Assembly: GCA_043228905.1 (NCBI GenBank)
Contig: JBHGNT010000007.1
Location: 13,950,001 to 14,014,000, forward strand
Source of the DNA: Azolla caroliniana
Taxonomy: Eukaryota > Plantae > Polypodiophyta
DNA: 64,000 bases
Direction of reading: 5' to 3'
This document shows, piece by piece, positions 47,268 through 60,700 of this stretch. The first letter of the stretch is position 1, and every line of letters starts with the position of its first letter. The notes beneath the pieces were generated by a model. The model made no database searches. It had not been told where the DNA came from and was given only the letters and a program-made list of their open reading frames with translations. Made by a program: the position numbers and the translations under genes.

Positions 47268-47949
47268 TGTAAAGATTATGTCTGGATGGTAAAACAGAAC
47301 ACAACTGGATTAGCAACAAAGAAAACAAAGAGAAAAAATGGAGATACACAGAACGCAAGAGAGACTGAGAGAGCAAAAGACTCAAGAGAATCTATTCAAA
47401 ATAATACACCTTGTACATACCAATGAGTACAACAAGGAGCACAGAGGCAACGACCTCCTGCTCACGATCTTCGCCTGGTGGTGGTTACAAGAGAGACATA
47501 CTCTGTATCGCTCTCTCTCTCTCTGTACAGAAGTTACACCAATAACTCTATCAACATAACTATTAAGTTTGCCCTAGGTCATATTTATACTAATATGACT
47601 TTCGGGATATTTACAAATATAGCCCCAGTGGGCTCTCTGGAACATATTTACATATATGTCCCTTCCATCCGATGAGAGGTTCTCACCGGGCCTGCAACAT
47701 CCGGTTCTCACCGGGTCTGCCTTGCCAGGTACTAGTCATCTGGTTATCATCGGGTTTGCATCATCCGGTTCTTACCGGTCTTCCTTGCCGGGTACTTGTC
47801 ATCCGGTTCTCACTGGGTCTTCCGTTGCCGGGTACTCCACATCTGGTTCTCACCGGGTCTTCCGTTGCCGGGTACTCCACATCTGGTTCTCACCGGGTCT
47901 TCCGTTGCCGGTCTTTCGTATCCCATTCGGAGGGACTGAGATCCTAACA
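47268..47949 (-). repeat. Copia-type LTR related to the 56806-62502 element, with a ~42-bp tandem array (~47680-47915)
   Basis: TGT...ACA ends; minus strand shares GTCCCTCCG.ATGGGA, GAAAGTCATATTAGTATAAATATGAC and GGCGAAGATCGTGAG with LTR 61825-62502; no TSD. Confidence 0.75.
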
Positions 47950-48049
47950 CCCGCCAACCATACACTTCAAGTGGATGGTCAACTTGGTGACGATGCCAAT
48001 TGGAGTAGGGAAGATGCGGTACCTAGTGCTAGCAAGGGAAGATCTGACG

Positions 48050-49609
48050 ATCAGGTGGAAGGCCGAGCATTAACGAACAAGACAACCGCAGCCGTATGCA
48101 AGTTCCTAATAGAGGATGTCGTCTGCCGATATGGGTGTGTGGGTAAGATCGTGGCTGACCAAGGGGAGTTGGATGCGAGGGAAGCTGAGGAGTTGTTGGG
48201 CTGGTTAGGTGTCAAGCTTTCACTCACCATGGTGTACAATCCGGAAGGCAACGGGAAGGTCGAGCACGGGCACGGGCCAATCGTGAAGACCATAGTACGA
48301 GCATAAGAGGGTCGAGTGGGAAACTGGTCGAGGTTCCTACCTTACGCACTATGGGCCGACCAAACTACACACAGTTCGGTGACCCGGTACATGCCAAATG
48401 AGCTTATGTTCAGATAGAAACCGATCATGCCGATGGAAAGGACAATCTTTTCATGGTTGGCAGTCGATTGGTCCACGGAGATGAGCTGAGAGGAGTTGTT
48501 GGCAGCACAAATCCAACAACTCTAGCGTAGACCGGAAGATGTTGAGCAAATGATAGTGAGAACGGAGGAACCGAGGAAGAGGAACAAGGCTTGGTTTGAC
48601 TGGACGCACCGACTCCGGCCAAGGAAGATTGAGGAAGGCGCCTAGGTGCTGGTCTACGACAACAGCCTCGACAATCAGCACCAGTCGACTTGGAAATTTG
48701 CACGACGGTGGTTCGGGCCCTACGTGGTGACGAGTGGAAACAACAATGCCAAGTACCACCTGGCGGAGCTCGACGGGACGAGGCTCGTGGTTCCGGTTGT
48801 GGGTAAACGGATCAAGGCCTTTAAGAAGCAACATGAAGTGGAACGGAATCCGGAGATTAGGGACGGTATCGTTAGGAGTGAGGAGTCGGATGGGGACCAG
48901 ACCAACGACGGATCAGGAGAAGGTGAGTAAAGGTTGGGCCAGAATCTCCACCGCTACACTAATTGGCACATGCCGGAGGACATGCGGTTTGGTGGGGGTG
49001 GATGTCATGAAGGATTCCGGTCATAGAGAGAAATGAAGCCAAGTGCACGCAAACGGGTGTGTGCACCGATGCACACGAATGAAGTATTATGTACCAACAT
49101 AATGTAAATAGCATAGGACTAGCAAGTACTAGGTAGTAGAGTTTAATGAGGTACTTTAAAGTCCCACAAGCATAGAAAGAAATCAGGAGAGTTGGAAATC
49201 TCTGATACCGATCACGATGTAACGGTCTCTCCTTGTGCTATAAAAGGGGAGGCTTGAGCCTGTTTTAGGCATCCATTTTTGGGAGGACGAAGTGTTTTCG
49301 GTTTGTGGGCCGAGCTGTCTCTCTCTCTCTCTCTTGTGTACGATTTTGAAAGGAAGCCTCTGCTCACGCACGAAGCCCGTGAGCTCCCGACCAAAGGCTC
49401 CTTGATCTGTTTGTGTGCGTGTGTGCGTGGGGGGGGGGGGTGTTTCGTCGAGTGTACGGCTCTGCTACTGGCCGGGCCTAGTTGTAATATGCTAACCTTA
49501 ATCTATTAGTTTCAATTGCTTGGGTTGATCTCTTCTCGTTTTCGGGTTTTCATCTCAATTTCTATTTCTTCGTAACTGGTCTCCCGCTCTACCTGTGAGT
49601 TGCGCGACA
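48050..49609 (+). mobile_element. 3' fragment of a non-chromovirus Ty3/gypsy element: integrase remnant, PPT and 3' LTR (49003-49609); probably related to the gag-only element
   Basis: VEGRAL, VCRYG, ADQGEL, YNPEGNGKVE, RWFGPY. The pre-LTR sequence CCGGAGGACATGCGGTTTGGTGGGGGTGGA-TGTC resembles CCGGAGGATGTGCGGGTTCGGAGGGGGCGAG-TGTC at 10326-10360. LTR TGTCAT...CGACA. Confidence 0.8.
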
Positions 49610-50140
49610 CGGTGCCTTCTGCGAACCTACACACTCGTTGTCCGACTTCTGGTAACCGACCAGGCACACCGTCATGGTTGCTCTTCCTACTCCCTCTGAC
49701 TCCTTGGTTCGAGACCCTCAGGTCCTACATTTCAATAGGTCTATTTTCAGTCGGTCGCATGTGGTTTACTGACGATGTTGACTCTAGATCCTCCATCGAT
49801 TATACTGCCGGTATTTCTTGTCCTTTGACTATGAGTTTCACGACTCGATTTTGTGCGTCCAGTACCCATCCAACACCGCGGGTGCTTCAATTGATTCAAC
49901 AAAATGAATCGGTGCACTCGACTGTTCCTCTTTTCATACCATTGCCGCCACTGTCTCTTTGAAACGAGGAACGAAGTTTAGCAATGTACTCAGTGGCACC
50001 AAAATTGGCATCCTACCAAAGCCTGCCAAATCAGGTCCTCTTCGACTAGTTCCTCAATCGCCGAAGGTTGTTCTTGTGATTGGGGTATGCCGATTGTGAT
50101 GTTTTGCATCCGTTTGGCATTTGCGCTCTTGGCTTTTTTG
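49610..50140 (-). pseudogene. Athila-like gag/protease fragment
   Basis: WQALVGCQ..PLSTLLNFVPRF and VKGQEIPGSIIDGGSRVN match the corresponding part of the 13984-19154 polyprotein. Confidence 0.7.
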
Positions 50141-53100
50141 TGTGGAAAATAATAATTATTATAAGCAAAAATAAATAAATAAATAGTTATTAATCATAGG
50201 AATACGGTTTCCTTCCTGAGAAGGAAACCGTAACTGTATCGGTGGTGGGCTTATAAAGCCACCACCAATTATGTAATAGTAAGGGCATAATAATATAACT
50301 GTTTTGTTTTCTCTCTCTCTCTCTCTCTCCCTTCTCTTTCTATTACTCTTTCTCTTCTTTCCCCTACATGGTATTAGAGCCAAACGACCTAATAGCCTTA
50401 TAGTCTATGCCTTTCTTGAATCACAAAACACATGCCCTTATCATAATTTAACTTTCATGCCCATATAAAAATAATCATATTCAATGTCCAAGATCGTCAA
50501 GTAACGAAAGACAATTTTGTGTTTGTCGTGCGCTGATCCGGACAACCCTCTGCAATAATGGCACAAACTATGTCGTCATCGCAACTCAACATGCAAAAAT
50601 TCACGATCGAGAAATTATCGGACACAAATTATCGAATTTGGAAGGCAAGATTAGAATTACTTTTTAAATATAATAAAGTATGGGACATAATTTCAAGATC
50701 GTCGACAAAACCTAAAAAAGGCGAAGAACTTGAAGAGTATGAGGAAAAAGACCGATGTGCAAGAATGGAAATTCTAATGCATGTAACTGATGGCACCAGA
50801 GAAACATTGCAAAAAATGGAGATGGCTCATGAAATGTGGAAGCACTTACAAACTATCTACGTGCCAAAAAACGATGCCCAACAAGCGCATACACTTCAAG
50901 CTCTTGTTAATTATAAAATGAATGACGAACAACCGGTTGGTGAATTTCTATTAATATGGCAAAAGAAATTAGATGATGTGTTAACTTCAGGATTAGAAAT
51001 CCATGATCAATTACAAAAGATTCTCCTTCTTGGTGCTCTTCCTCACTCGTGGTCCACTTTCAGAACCACCCAAAACTCTATAAATTGTCCAACTCTAATT
51101 GATCTTCTTGCAAACATTAGACCGGAAGAAACAATGTGTTTACAAAGGTCTTCAAATTCAACTCCAAGTGTGGCAATGATAGCATACAAAAACCGAAGAT
51201 TCACTCAAAAAGGAGAAAGCTCAAAGCCATGGATAAAGAAAGATCAAAACACTAAACAAGGAGGAATGTGGTTCAACAACACCTATTGTAAAATATGCAA
51301 ACGTACAAATCATGCAACAAAAGATTGTCGCGCAAAGTCAAATTTCAAGAGTTACCAACCGTGGAGCTGCATACAAGCCCATCTTGTTGAAGAAGAAATG
51401 GATGATGAAAAATCCGTAGGAGTTGGATGTCAAAATGTTGAAAAGTATGACGATGTCCTTCAAGCATTCATTGCCGAATCACTTTCCGCCACGATTGCAA
51501 ATCCAAGTAATGTAAATGACATATGGTATCGCAATACTCGTTCTACTAACCACTTCACTAATAGAAACATTTGTTATATGTTAGTCAAGCAACGACAAAT
51601 GGTACTATCATTTAATTTCATCCTAACCATGCTATTATTAAACATAAAGCCTCCAATGGAGAACTTATTAGAACATGTTGTAAACGAGAATGAGGCTTAT
51701 ATCCCATAAAATGTATTCCTACATCTCTTATTTTCGAAGCACATCATTCTACCCCAATCCAATCCTCTACATCTCTAACTAATATATATTCTCCCTCTTC
51801 TCTTTGGCATTTTTGTCTAGGACATATGCATTTCAATGCTCTAAAAACATTACAATGTAATAATCTAGTCCATGGTTGGCCAAAAGAACCTTTCAAGCCC
51901 ATCTCTTTGTGTGAAAGTTGTATCCTTGGGAAAATGCCCCAACAACCCTTCCCAAAGCATAGATCTAGAGCCTCTACCACTCTTGCATTAGTACATAGTG
52001 ATCTATGTGGACCTTTTCCAACCCCTTCTCTTCAAGTACAGAACTCAAGCTTATCAAGCATTCAAAGAATTCAAGGCTTGAGTCGAAGTGCAAACATCAT
52101 CAAAGATTAAAATTCTTCAAACCGATGGTGGTGGTGAGTATATATCTCATGAATTTCAAAGTTTGTATCAAAATGAAGGCATACATCATAGAATATCAAC
52201 ACACTACACACCACAACAAAATGGTGTATCTGAAAGGAAGAATAGATCACTTCTCAATATGGCTCGAAGTATGTTACAAATTTCTCACTTATCACCTCAA
52301 TTTTGGGAGGAAGCGATTGGCACCGCTTGCTATATTCAAAATCGAGGATTTCATAGATCCTTGGGGCTCCACACCCCTTATGAACTATGGCATGGTCACA
52401 AACCTAACTTAAGTAACCTTCATATTTTTGGTTGTGATGCTTATGCTTTTGTGCCAAATGTTTAAAGAAATAAGCTAGATCCAAGGGCTACAAAATCAAT
52501 TTTCATCGGATATGGAGAAGCTTCGGGATACAAGGCATACAAGCTCTAAGATCCACAAAAGCGAAGAATATTCTTTAGTCGCAATGTGATATTTCAAGAA
52601 AATGGGCTTTCTACAAAGGTTTCTTCTTCACTCTCTTCTAATCTAACTCCTTTATTACCTACCCCTACCCACTTACAACCACCTTCCTCAACCATCTCTA
52701 ATATTAATAGCTTTCATATTGAAGGAGCCAACATTGGCTCATCCTCTACTTCCACTATTTGTGTTGCTCTTCCATCTAATCACAAGGCAAAGATCAATCC
52801 TACTCAACCAACTAATTCTTCTTCTCATCTTCCCTCATTCCAATCTCTAGATGATTCTCTTCCTCATACTCCTTTAAATACACATTGTTTAACTCCCTCT
52901 AACAATACAAATAATGTTATCTTCTCCACTCCCTCTCCTAATCCTTCATTCCAAGCTTCATCACCAACTTCTCCACCAACCTCTCCACCTCCAAAGTATA
53001 GGTCTCTAAATAGTATTTATGAACAACTTGATCAAATGGAAGCACATTTTGTGGACTTGGACCATGAAGCTTATATACAAGAAGAAGATATTCCAACCCT

Positions 53101-53592
53101 TAGTGATGACACAAATCTATCGGCCAAAGATGCACTTCCCGGATTGGATTCTATCAAATGGAGAAAGGCTATGGAAGAAGAAATGAAGGCTATAATTAAA
53201 AATGGTACATTGACCCTCGTTGAGCCTCCAAATGATCGTCAAATAATTAGTTCTAAATGGGTCTTACACATAAAGCGAGATAGTAATGGTAATCCAATTC
53301 GCTTCAAGGCTCGTGTTGTTTGCTCGAGGATTTTCTCAAGTACCAGATATTGATTTTCAAGATACATTTAGTCCAATGCTAAAAATACGTGGTTTTCGAA
53401 TGCTCGTTGCTCTTGCCGCTCAACATGATCTAGAGTTGCATCACTTGGATGTACAAACGGCTTTTCTTCATGGAGATTTAGATGAAGAACTTTATTTACA
53501 ACAACCACAATTTTTTGAAGATCCAAGTCATCCAACACATGTTTGTCGGCTTCATAAATCTGTTTACGGCCTTAAGCAATCTCCACGCATAT
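50141..53592 (+). mobile_element. 3'-truncated Ty1/copia element with a short (~228 bp) 5' LTR, Ale-like
   Basis: LTR 50141-50368; PBS TGGTATTAGAGCCA (tRNA-iMet) 50369-50382; gag 50558-51709 (KLSDTNYRIWK, CKICKRTNHATKDC); integrase (VHSDLCGP, TDGGGEY, PQQNGVSERKN); RT to SVYGLKQSPR, then cut by an LTR. Confidence 0.9.
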
Positions 53593-56500
53593 TGTTGTTA
53601 ATCTTGGGCTGGACAAGCCACTAACACAAGGTGTCCCTCTGGAACACTTCACCAAAGGGGTGGTACGGTAAGGAATGTGCAGACCGTAATACAGAACCGA
53701 TCCTTCCCGGTTACTATCCGGAATGATTAACTTGATACACGCATATGATAATCACATTAAGCAAAGAACTGCATTAACAAGATAAACAATACGTAAAGCC
53801 ACAACACTTCTCTATTAATTATCCGTTGTTAATTACATCGTCTCCGGATCCTTTTATAGGTATCCAACTATGTTACAAACTGGTGCCAACCGGCAACCGA
53901 CTACGAACCAGTCCAGATCCGGATCGGTATACTGATTCCGGGTCCGTCCGTAGGATATTATAATTATCATAATTTATCTAATTACAACTCCCAAAACCGA
54001 CTCTCCATTCATACTCTAGCCTAACCGGCCAACGCATGGCACACCCGTGGGACAGTGCATTGTATGTCAAACCCACGGTTAACCCCTTCATTCATCCTCC
54101 AAAATGTCCAAAATGCTCTGGTCCAAGGGTTCCAACGGTTCATCGGGTAGTTGCTCCATCGGTTGTTGCTATTGCTCCTTCGGTTGTAGTAGTAGTTGTT
54201 GTTGTTGGTGTCCGACCTGCTCTTCCTCTCCGGCTCTATCCTTTTCCGGCTCTACTAATCTTGGCGCTTCTGGCTCCGGATCCTCTGTCCTTGGCTCCTC
54301 CTACTACTACATTGGGGCTTTGTCTGGCTCCTCCGGTCTAACTTCTTTCGGCTATTCTACTCAGGCTTTGTTTGGCTGGCCTCCGCCGGTCCCGACTACA
54401 TTCGGTGGCTGCTCTGGAGATTCCTCTCCATCATTTATGTTAATTGCCACCGACATTTGCGATGCTATATGCCGTCTTTGCTCCCATTCATATCGTTCGA
54501 ACTAGAGTTGAATGCCAAGTTGGTCATCATCCAATTGTTCTACCAGCCGCCTTACAACCGCTAATTTAAAGCGAAATTTGCTCGTTCCATCTCGTCATAG
54601 TGTTGTCCAGTAAGCACAGTCCTTTCTCTTGTCACTTCCTCTAGCAGCTTTGCCGACTCAACCGCCTTCGTTCGTTCATCCGACAACGCCTCCGTTTTTT
54701 TGGTTACTTCATTCCGGAGTTCTCTTATCTTCTCCTATTGCCGGTCATTCCGTCATCAACTTCTTGTGATCTGCTTCCAAGTGTTTGTGATCCCTCGTCG
54801 GGCGCGGTCTTCTCGGTCTTTCTGCTGTTGGAGTTCTTCTTTGAGGTGCTCGATTTCGGTTTCCACCGATTGCCGGAGCTTATCCTTCTCTTGTAGCAAC
54901 TTCTCCTTTTCTTCCTTCAACCGGTCATTCAATTGGCCGCTTTTCTAGAGGTTTTCTTCGATTCTTCGTTTCTCCTCCTCCGCTACCTTCTTCTACTCTT
55001 GTGCTCTAGCCTCCTGGGCTTGTAACTCCTCCCTGACAATGGAGAGTTCTTGCTCCTGTGTAATACTTGTGTCTAGTGCTGTAGGAGCTACCGACGTGTT
55101 ATTTATCTATTCAGTCACTGGTGCCACTGATTCTGGTCCTGTCAGTGCGTCTGCTTTGGCCTTCTCAACTTCTTCCACCATGCTCCAAATCCTTGACTGG
55201 GCCTTCTCAAGTTCTTCGGTTGTGGCGAACAACCTATCCTGTTGTGCTCTCTCTTCCGCTTCAATTTGGCTTACAACCCCGGCCACCTGCTCTTCGATCC
55301 ATTGCAACCATTGACTGCTGGTGCCTTGTTGCCTTGTCGGTTCCGGTTGCGGTGTTGGCTCTACTCTCACCACAAACCCTTGTTGTATTGTTGTCTCTAG
55401 CGACAACTCCTTCTCTTGTTGTGCCTGTCGACCCAGTGAAATTGGTACTTCTATTACCGTTATTGGCCGAATAGGCTTAGTTTCCTTCCTTGGCTCTGGT
55501 CCCTCGGAGCGGGGTGTCGGTGTGCTGTCCTTTACCGGACCCGATTCGTCCCCCTTCTACTCTGCGTCGTTTCCCTTCTGGCGATGTAGGAGAGTGTCAG
55601 CGGGTTCTTCCTCCGCCTCCTCCTCTTGGGTTCCCATGTTTATCCCTTGAGCCAAGTTAGGCGGCTCTTGCTCTTGCAGGCGCAATTTGATTTTAAGAGG
55701 CCTAACCAGTTGCTCTACCGGTGCCTTTGTCTCCGCCTGCCACTTCTGACTGGATTGCTCCTTTTCTTTTTGTAATGAACCTCCCTCTGTCCAACCGAGA
55801 GTGTGCTTGGCAAGGAGTTGTTGCCGCTTCGAGGGCTTGTTTGGCGTCGTATTGGCCGTTCAGCCCCGCTTATTTGCCTTTAATGTCGGCACCGACGGTA
55901 CCAAGAGAGTGAGCCATTGAGCCACTCCTATCCACACCTTCTTGCCATCTACCACTAATTGAATGGCCCCTCACAAACAATCAGCGATGATTACCGCCCA
56001 ATCCCCCTTTACCCCTTCGTATTTGACAATGATGAATCTGTCTTTGTTCTTTGGCATTGTTAGGGGTCGAGGGTGCACAAACCCATACTCGTGGAGCACA
56101 CGAGCTACTTCTCGGAACAAGGCATCATCGTCGCCCTGTGTCCGGTACACTACCGGCATGACCACTTCTAATCTGAAAGCTAACCGGAATGGTGTTGTCC
56201 GGATACTTGTTTTGTATGCGGTTCGGTAAGCCCACAACGCACTCTGCAGCTTCGTGTCCCAGTCGGTGCGGTTTTCATTGACTATTTTCCGGAGGATGTT
56301 CTACAAGGTCTTGTTGGTGGATTCGGCCAATCCGTTGGTTTGCGGATAATAAGGTGTACTCCGCTTGTGTGCGACTGCATAAAACGTCGTCAAGATCTCT
56401 ACTACTTGCCTGAGGAAATGTCCTCCTTGATCATTGCAAAGTTCTATCAGGCATCCATACCGGCACCAAATGTACTCGTATAGGAACTTGGTAGTTGAGG

Positions 56501-56670
56501 CCGTGGTATTATCCCGGAGTGCCTTTGCTTCCACCCATTTGGTGCAGTAGTCTGTTGCTACAATGATATACCGGTTCCTGGTCCGCATTGCCGAAGGTTT
56601 GAAAGGTCCGACGAAGTCCATTCCCCATTTTTGAAACGACTCTAGTGGTAACACCGGTTGGTGTGGCATC
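53593..56670 (-). mobile_element. Second Athila-like copy, internally deleted: integrase piece (56146-56670) fused to a degenerate extra ORF (~54088-56145), PBS-like motif and LTR (53593-54034)
   Basis: RMPHQPVLP...NGLAESTN; [22 protein letters not shown]; GTSSQWLQWIEEQVA; C-terminus LDQSILDILEDE*; TGGCACACCCGTGGGAC at 54037. Confidence 0.85.
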
Positions 56671-56805
56671 CTATAGGCCTGAGATTTTGGCCTCCTTGAT
56701 ACGCGTGCAAGCCTTCCCGTAACGTCAGCCCCGTAATGACCCCCCAATCAGTCGTACACCCTTCAAAGGTATCAATGATGATACCTGCCTTCTGCTTGGG
56801 CATCC

Positions 56806-57724
56806 TGTTGGGAGACAGGTCCCTCTAGATGGGAAGGGAGAAGAACAGTGCCGACGAACAGTGCCTCGGCCGAAACCGAATGAGGAGTACCCGGCTACGG
56901 AGAGCCGGATGGTGCAAGCCTGGTGTGAACCGGATGAGGAGTACCCAGCTACGGAGAGCCGGATGGTGCAGGCCCGGTGTGAACCGGATGAGGAGTACCC
57001 GGCTACGGAGAGCCGGATGGTGTAGGCCCGGTGTGAACCGGATGAGGAGCACCCGGCTACGGAGAGCCGGATGACGCAGACCCGGTGTGAACCGGATGAG
57101 GAGCACCCGGCTACGGAGAGTCGTATGACGCAGACCCGGTGTGAACCGGATGAGGAGCACCCGACTACAGAGAGCCGTATGACGCAGACCCGGTGTTAAC
57201 CGGATGAGGAGCACCCGGCTACGGAGAGCCGTATGACGCAGACCCCGTGCGAACCGGAGGAAGAGACATATTCGTAAATATGTTTCTAAGAGCCCATCGA
57301 GGCTACATTTGTAAATAGCCGAAAAGTCATATTAGTATAAATATGACTTAGGGAAAACCTTCTTTAGTTAGTAGTTGTCATTTACTTGTTGGAGAAAGAA
57401 GAAGAGACAGTACGTAACGTTGTACAGAGAGAGAGAGAGAGAGAGAAAGAGGTCGCTACCTCTGTTGTAACTGCCGCCTGTGGCGAAGATCGTGAGTCCG
57501 AGGTCGTTGCCTCCGTGAACTCACTGTTTTTTGTACATTCTTACATAGTGACAGTTTGCAGCCTGTGGCCTGCCGTGGTTTTTCCCCTAGTTTGGGGTTT
57601 TCCACGTAAACCTCCTGTGTATCTTCCTCTTCTTTGTGTCGTATTCTATTTCCCGTTTTCTGTGTATCATTCTAAGCTCGGTTGTGGCCGAGCGTTGCGC
57701 ATAAGGAACGACCAGTTCCCGTAA
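56806..57724 (+). repeat. 5' LTR with seven 54-bp tandem units (~56876-57255)
   Basis: ATGAGGAG recurs every 54 nt from 56880 to 57204. Confidence 0.92.
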
Positions 57725-57753
57725 AGTGGTATCAGAGAGAATCGACACAGAAA

Positions 57754-60700
57754 ATGGACGAATCGTTTGGCGGCATGTTCAAGCTCACCGGCTCCAACTA
57801 CTCAGTGTGGAAGTCGAAGATGAGGGACATGCTCGTGGTTAAAGACCTCTGGCTGCCGCTTCAGTTCGGGGACAAGAGACCAGACAAAATCGACGCCGCG
57901 ATATGGGAGGTGATGCACATGAAGACAACGGCGTACATATGGTGCTTCATCGACATGAGCTTGTACAACAACTTCAATGAAGAGAGAAAGGCTCATGAGC
58001 TCTGGGAGAAGATCGGCATAATGTTTCAGAACAAAAATGTTGTTAATCAAGTTTTGGTATTCCGGAAGCTAGTAAGACTCCGGTACCAAGATGGCTCCAG
58101 CATGGCGGAGCATATGAATGCCTTCCAGGGGCTAATACACCAGGCAACGTCATTGGAAGTACCTCTTGCCGATGAGGTACTAACGCTGCTCCTGCTCGGT
58201 TCCCTCCCGGATAGCTGGGAGACGTTGGTTGTCACTTTGGGCAACGTCGGGCCGGAAGGAAAACGGTTATCCCTAGCAAGAATAAAGTCGAGCTTGCTAG
58301 ATGAGGAGGCGCGTCGGAGAGACAAAGATACAAGCTCCGACTCCAAAGCGCTCCTTATCGAATCGGAACGCGGAAGACATAGAAACCGTAGTCCCCAGAA
58401 CCGGGAGAAGTCGGGGCCACGGTCAAAGTCAAGGGGAAGGCCTACTTGCTTCTATTGCGGCAAGCCGGGACACTTCCAAAAGACCTGTCGGAATTTCCGT
58501 AAAGACAAGGAAACCGACGGTACCGATTCGAAGCAAACCCCGGACCGGAACGGTATAGACCGGAACGGTAAAGACCGGAAGGGGACGGACCGGAAGGGAA
58601 CGACGGCAATCGCGGCAAGTGAAGAAGAGTTGATGCTCATCACCGAGGAGAGTGAGATAAACCTTGCCGGCGACGAGATGACTTGGGTGGTAGACTCCGG
58701 AGCATCGTTCCACCTTACCCCGGACCGGAAATGCTTCTCATCTTACTCAGCCGGTGACCACGGCTGTGTCCGGATGGGGAATGAAGGTACATGCCGAATT
58801 GTCGGCATAGGAGACGTGTGGCTATCAACACCAACCGGATGCAAGTTGCTGTTGAAGGATGTCCGACACGTTCCGGAGGTTCGTCTGAACCTGATATCAG
58901 CCGGTCGGCTAGATGATGATGGCTACACGGGTAGCATCCGGAACGGTGTCATGAAGTTCAGCAAAGGAAGCTTGATTGTGGCTCGGGCCCGGAAGGTCAA
59001 CACATTGTACCTGATGAATGGCCGGTTATGCCCGGAAGAAGTGAATGTGGCATCCGACACTGCCGGTGAGCTGTGGCACAAGAGACTGTGTCATATGAGC
59101 GAGAAGGGGATGAAGAGGCTTGCAGATGACAACCTCATTCCAGTGAAGAACGTGCACCTGGAGAAGTGCACTAACTATCTGGCCGGTAAACAAAACCGGA
59201 CCTCCTTCCGACCAAGGCCACCGATGAGACGTAATGCACCACTAGAGTTGGTGCATACGGATGTGTGTCAAGTAGACACGAAGTCACATGCCAGAGCGCA
59301 TTACTTTGTGACGTTTATAGATGACCACAGCCGGAAGCTGTGGGCCACACCGTTGAAGACGAAGGATCAGGTGCTATCCATCTTCAAAGACCTCACACCG
59401 AGAGTGGAAAGAGAAATCGGCCAGAAGCTGAAGGCGGTTCGAGCAGACAACGGAGGAGAATACCGGGGGCAGCTCGAGGAGTACTGCCGCTCGAAGGGAA
59501 TCCGGCTCGAATTTACCATGCCGAAGACGCCGGAACTAAACGGACTGGCCGAGAGGATGAACAGGACCATAATGGAGAGGTTCCGGAGTATGCTAGCGCA
59601 TGCAAAACTACCCAAGAAGTTTTGGGCTAAGGCACTGTCGACAGCGACATATGTGATAAACAGATCACCCTCAGTACCCTTGGACGGAGACACACCACAG
59701 AGAGTATGGACCGGTAAGGAAGTGTCCTACCGGCATCTGAAGGTGTTCGGGTGTCTCGTGTACGTGCATGTAGCAAAGGACCAGAGAGGAATGTTAGATC
59801 CAAAGACCCAGCCATGCATATTCCTCGGTTATGGTGACGATGAGTTCGGCTACCGAGTGTGGGACTCGATCGACAAGAAGGTATTCCGGAGTCGAGATAT
59901 TATCTTCATGGAGGACAAGACGCTCACCAACTGGGAGTCGGAGAAGAAGATAATGAACTCTGAGGCGACCGGTAAGGATTGACTCTACGATGAGCAGACC
60001 CAACTGGCGCGAGACCGGTTAGCACTCGAAGAGCTAGCCGGATACGGTGAGGATACCGAACCGGCAGAAGAAGAAGTAGAGGAAGCGGAGACCGGAACCG
60101 GCCTAGACCTCGAATCGGATTCGGATGAAGAGCAAATGGAGGAGCCGGCTACCGAAGCCCAAAGATGGAGATATCCTCTTAGAGAGAGAAAGGACCCTTG
60201 GAGATTTCTGGATGCAGAGCATGTTCTGCTGACCGATGAGGGGGAGCCGGAAAGCTTCAAAGAAGCGGAGGATGACACCCACAGCCGAAAATGGGAACAG
60301 AGCCATGCAGGATGAGATGGATTCCCTGCATGAGAACCATATGTACGAATTGGTGGAGCTGCCGGAAGGAAAGCGCGCACTCCGAAACAAGTGGGTGTAC
60401 AAGTTGAAACCGGGAGATGCCGGCAACCCCCTAAGATACAAAGCCAGGATCGTGGTGAAGGGGTTCCAGCAAAAGAAGGGCGTGGACTTCGACGAGATAT
60501 TTGCCCCGGTAGTAAAGATGACCTCCATCCGGACGGTGCTGAGTATAGCGGTAAGCATGGACCTTGAGGTAGAGGAGCTAGACGTGAAGACGGCATTCCT
60601 TCACGGCGACCTCGAAGAGGAGATCTACATGCAGCAACCGGAAGGATTTGTGGAGAAAGGGAAGGAGCACCTAGTTTGCCGGCTGAAGAAGAGCCTCTAC

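Noticed and set aside
56829-57255. Regular 54-bp repeats as a CRISPR array or repeat protein (ORFs 56825-57214, 56829-57074)
   Set aside because: Head-to-tail units without unique spacers, inside a copia LTR, in eukaryotic DNA with no cas genes; ORFs stay open because 54 is a multiple of 3.
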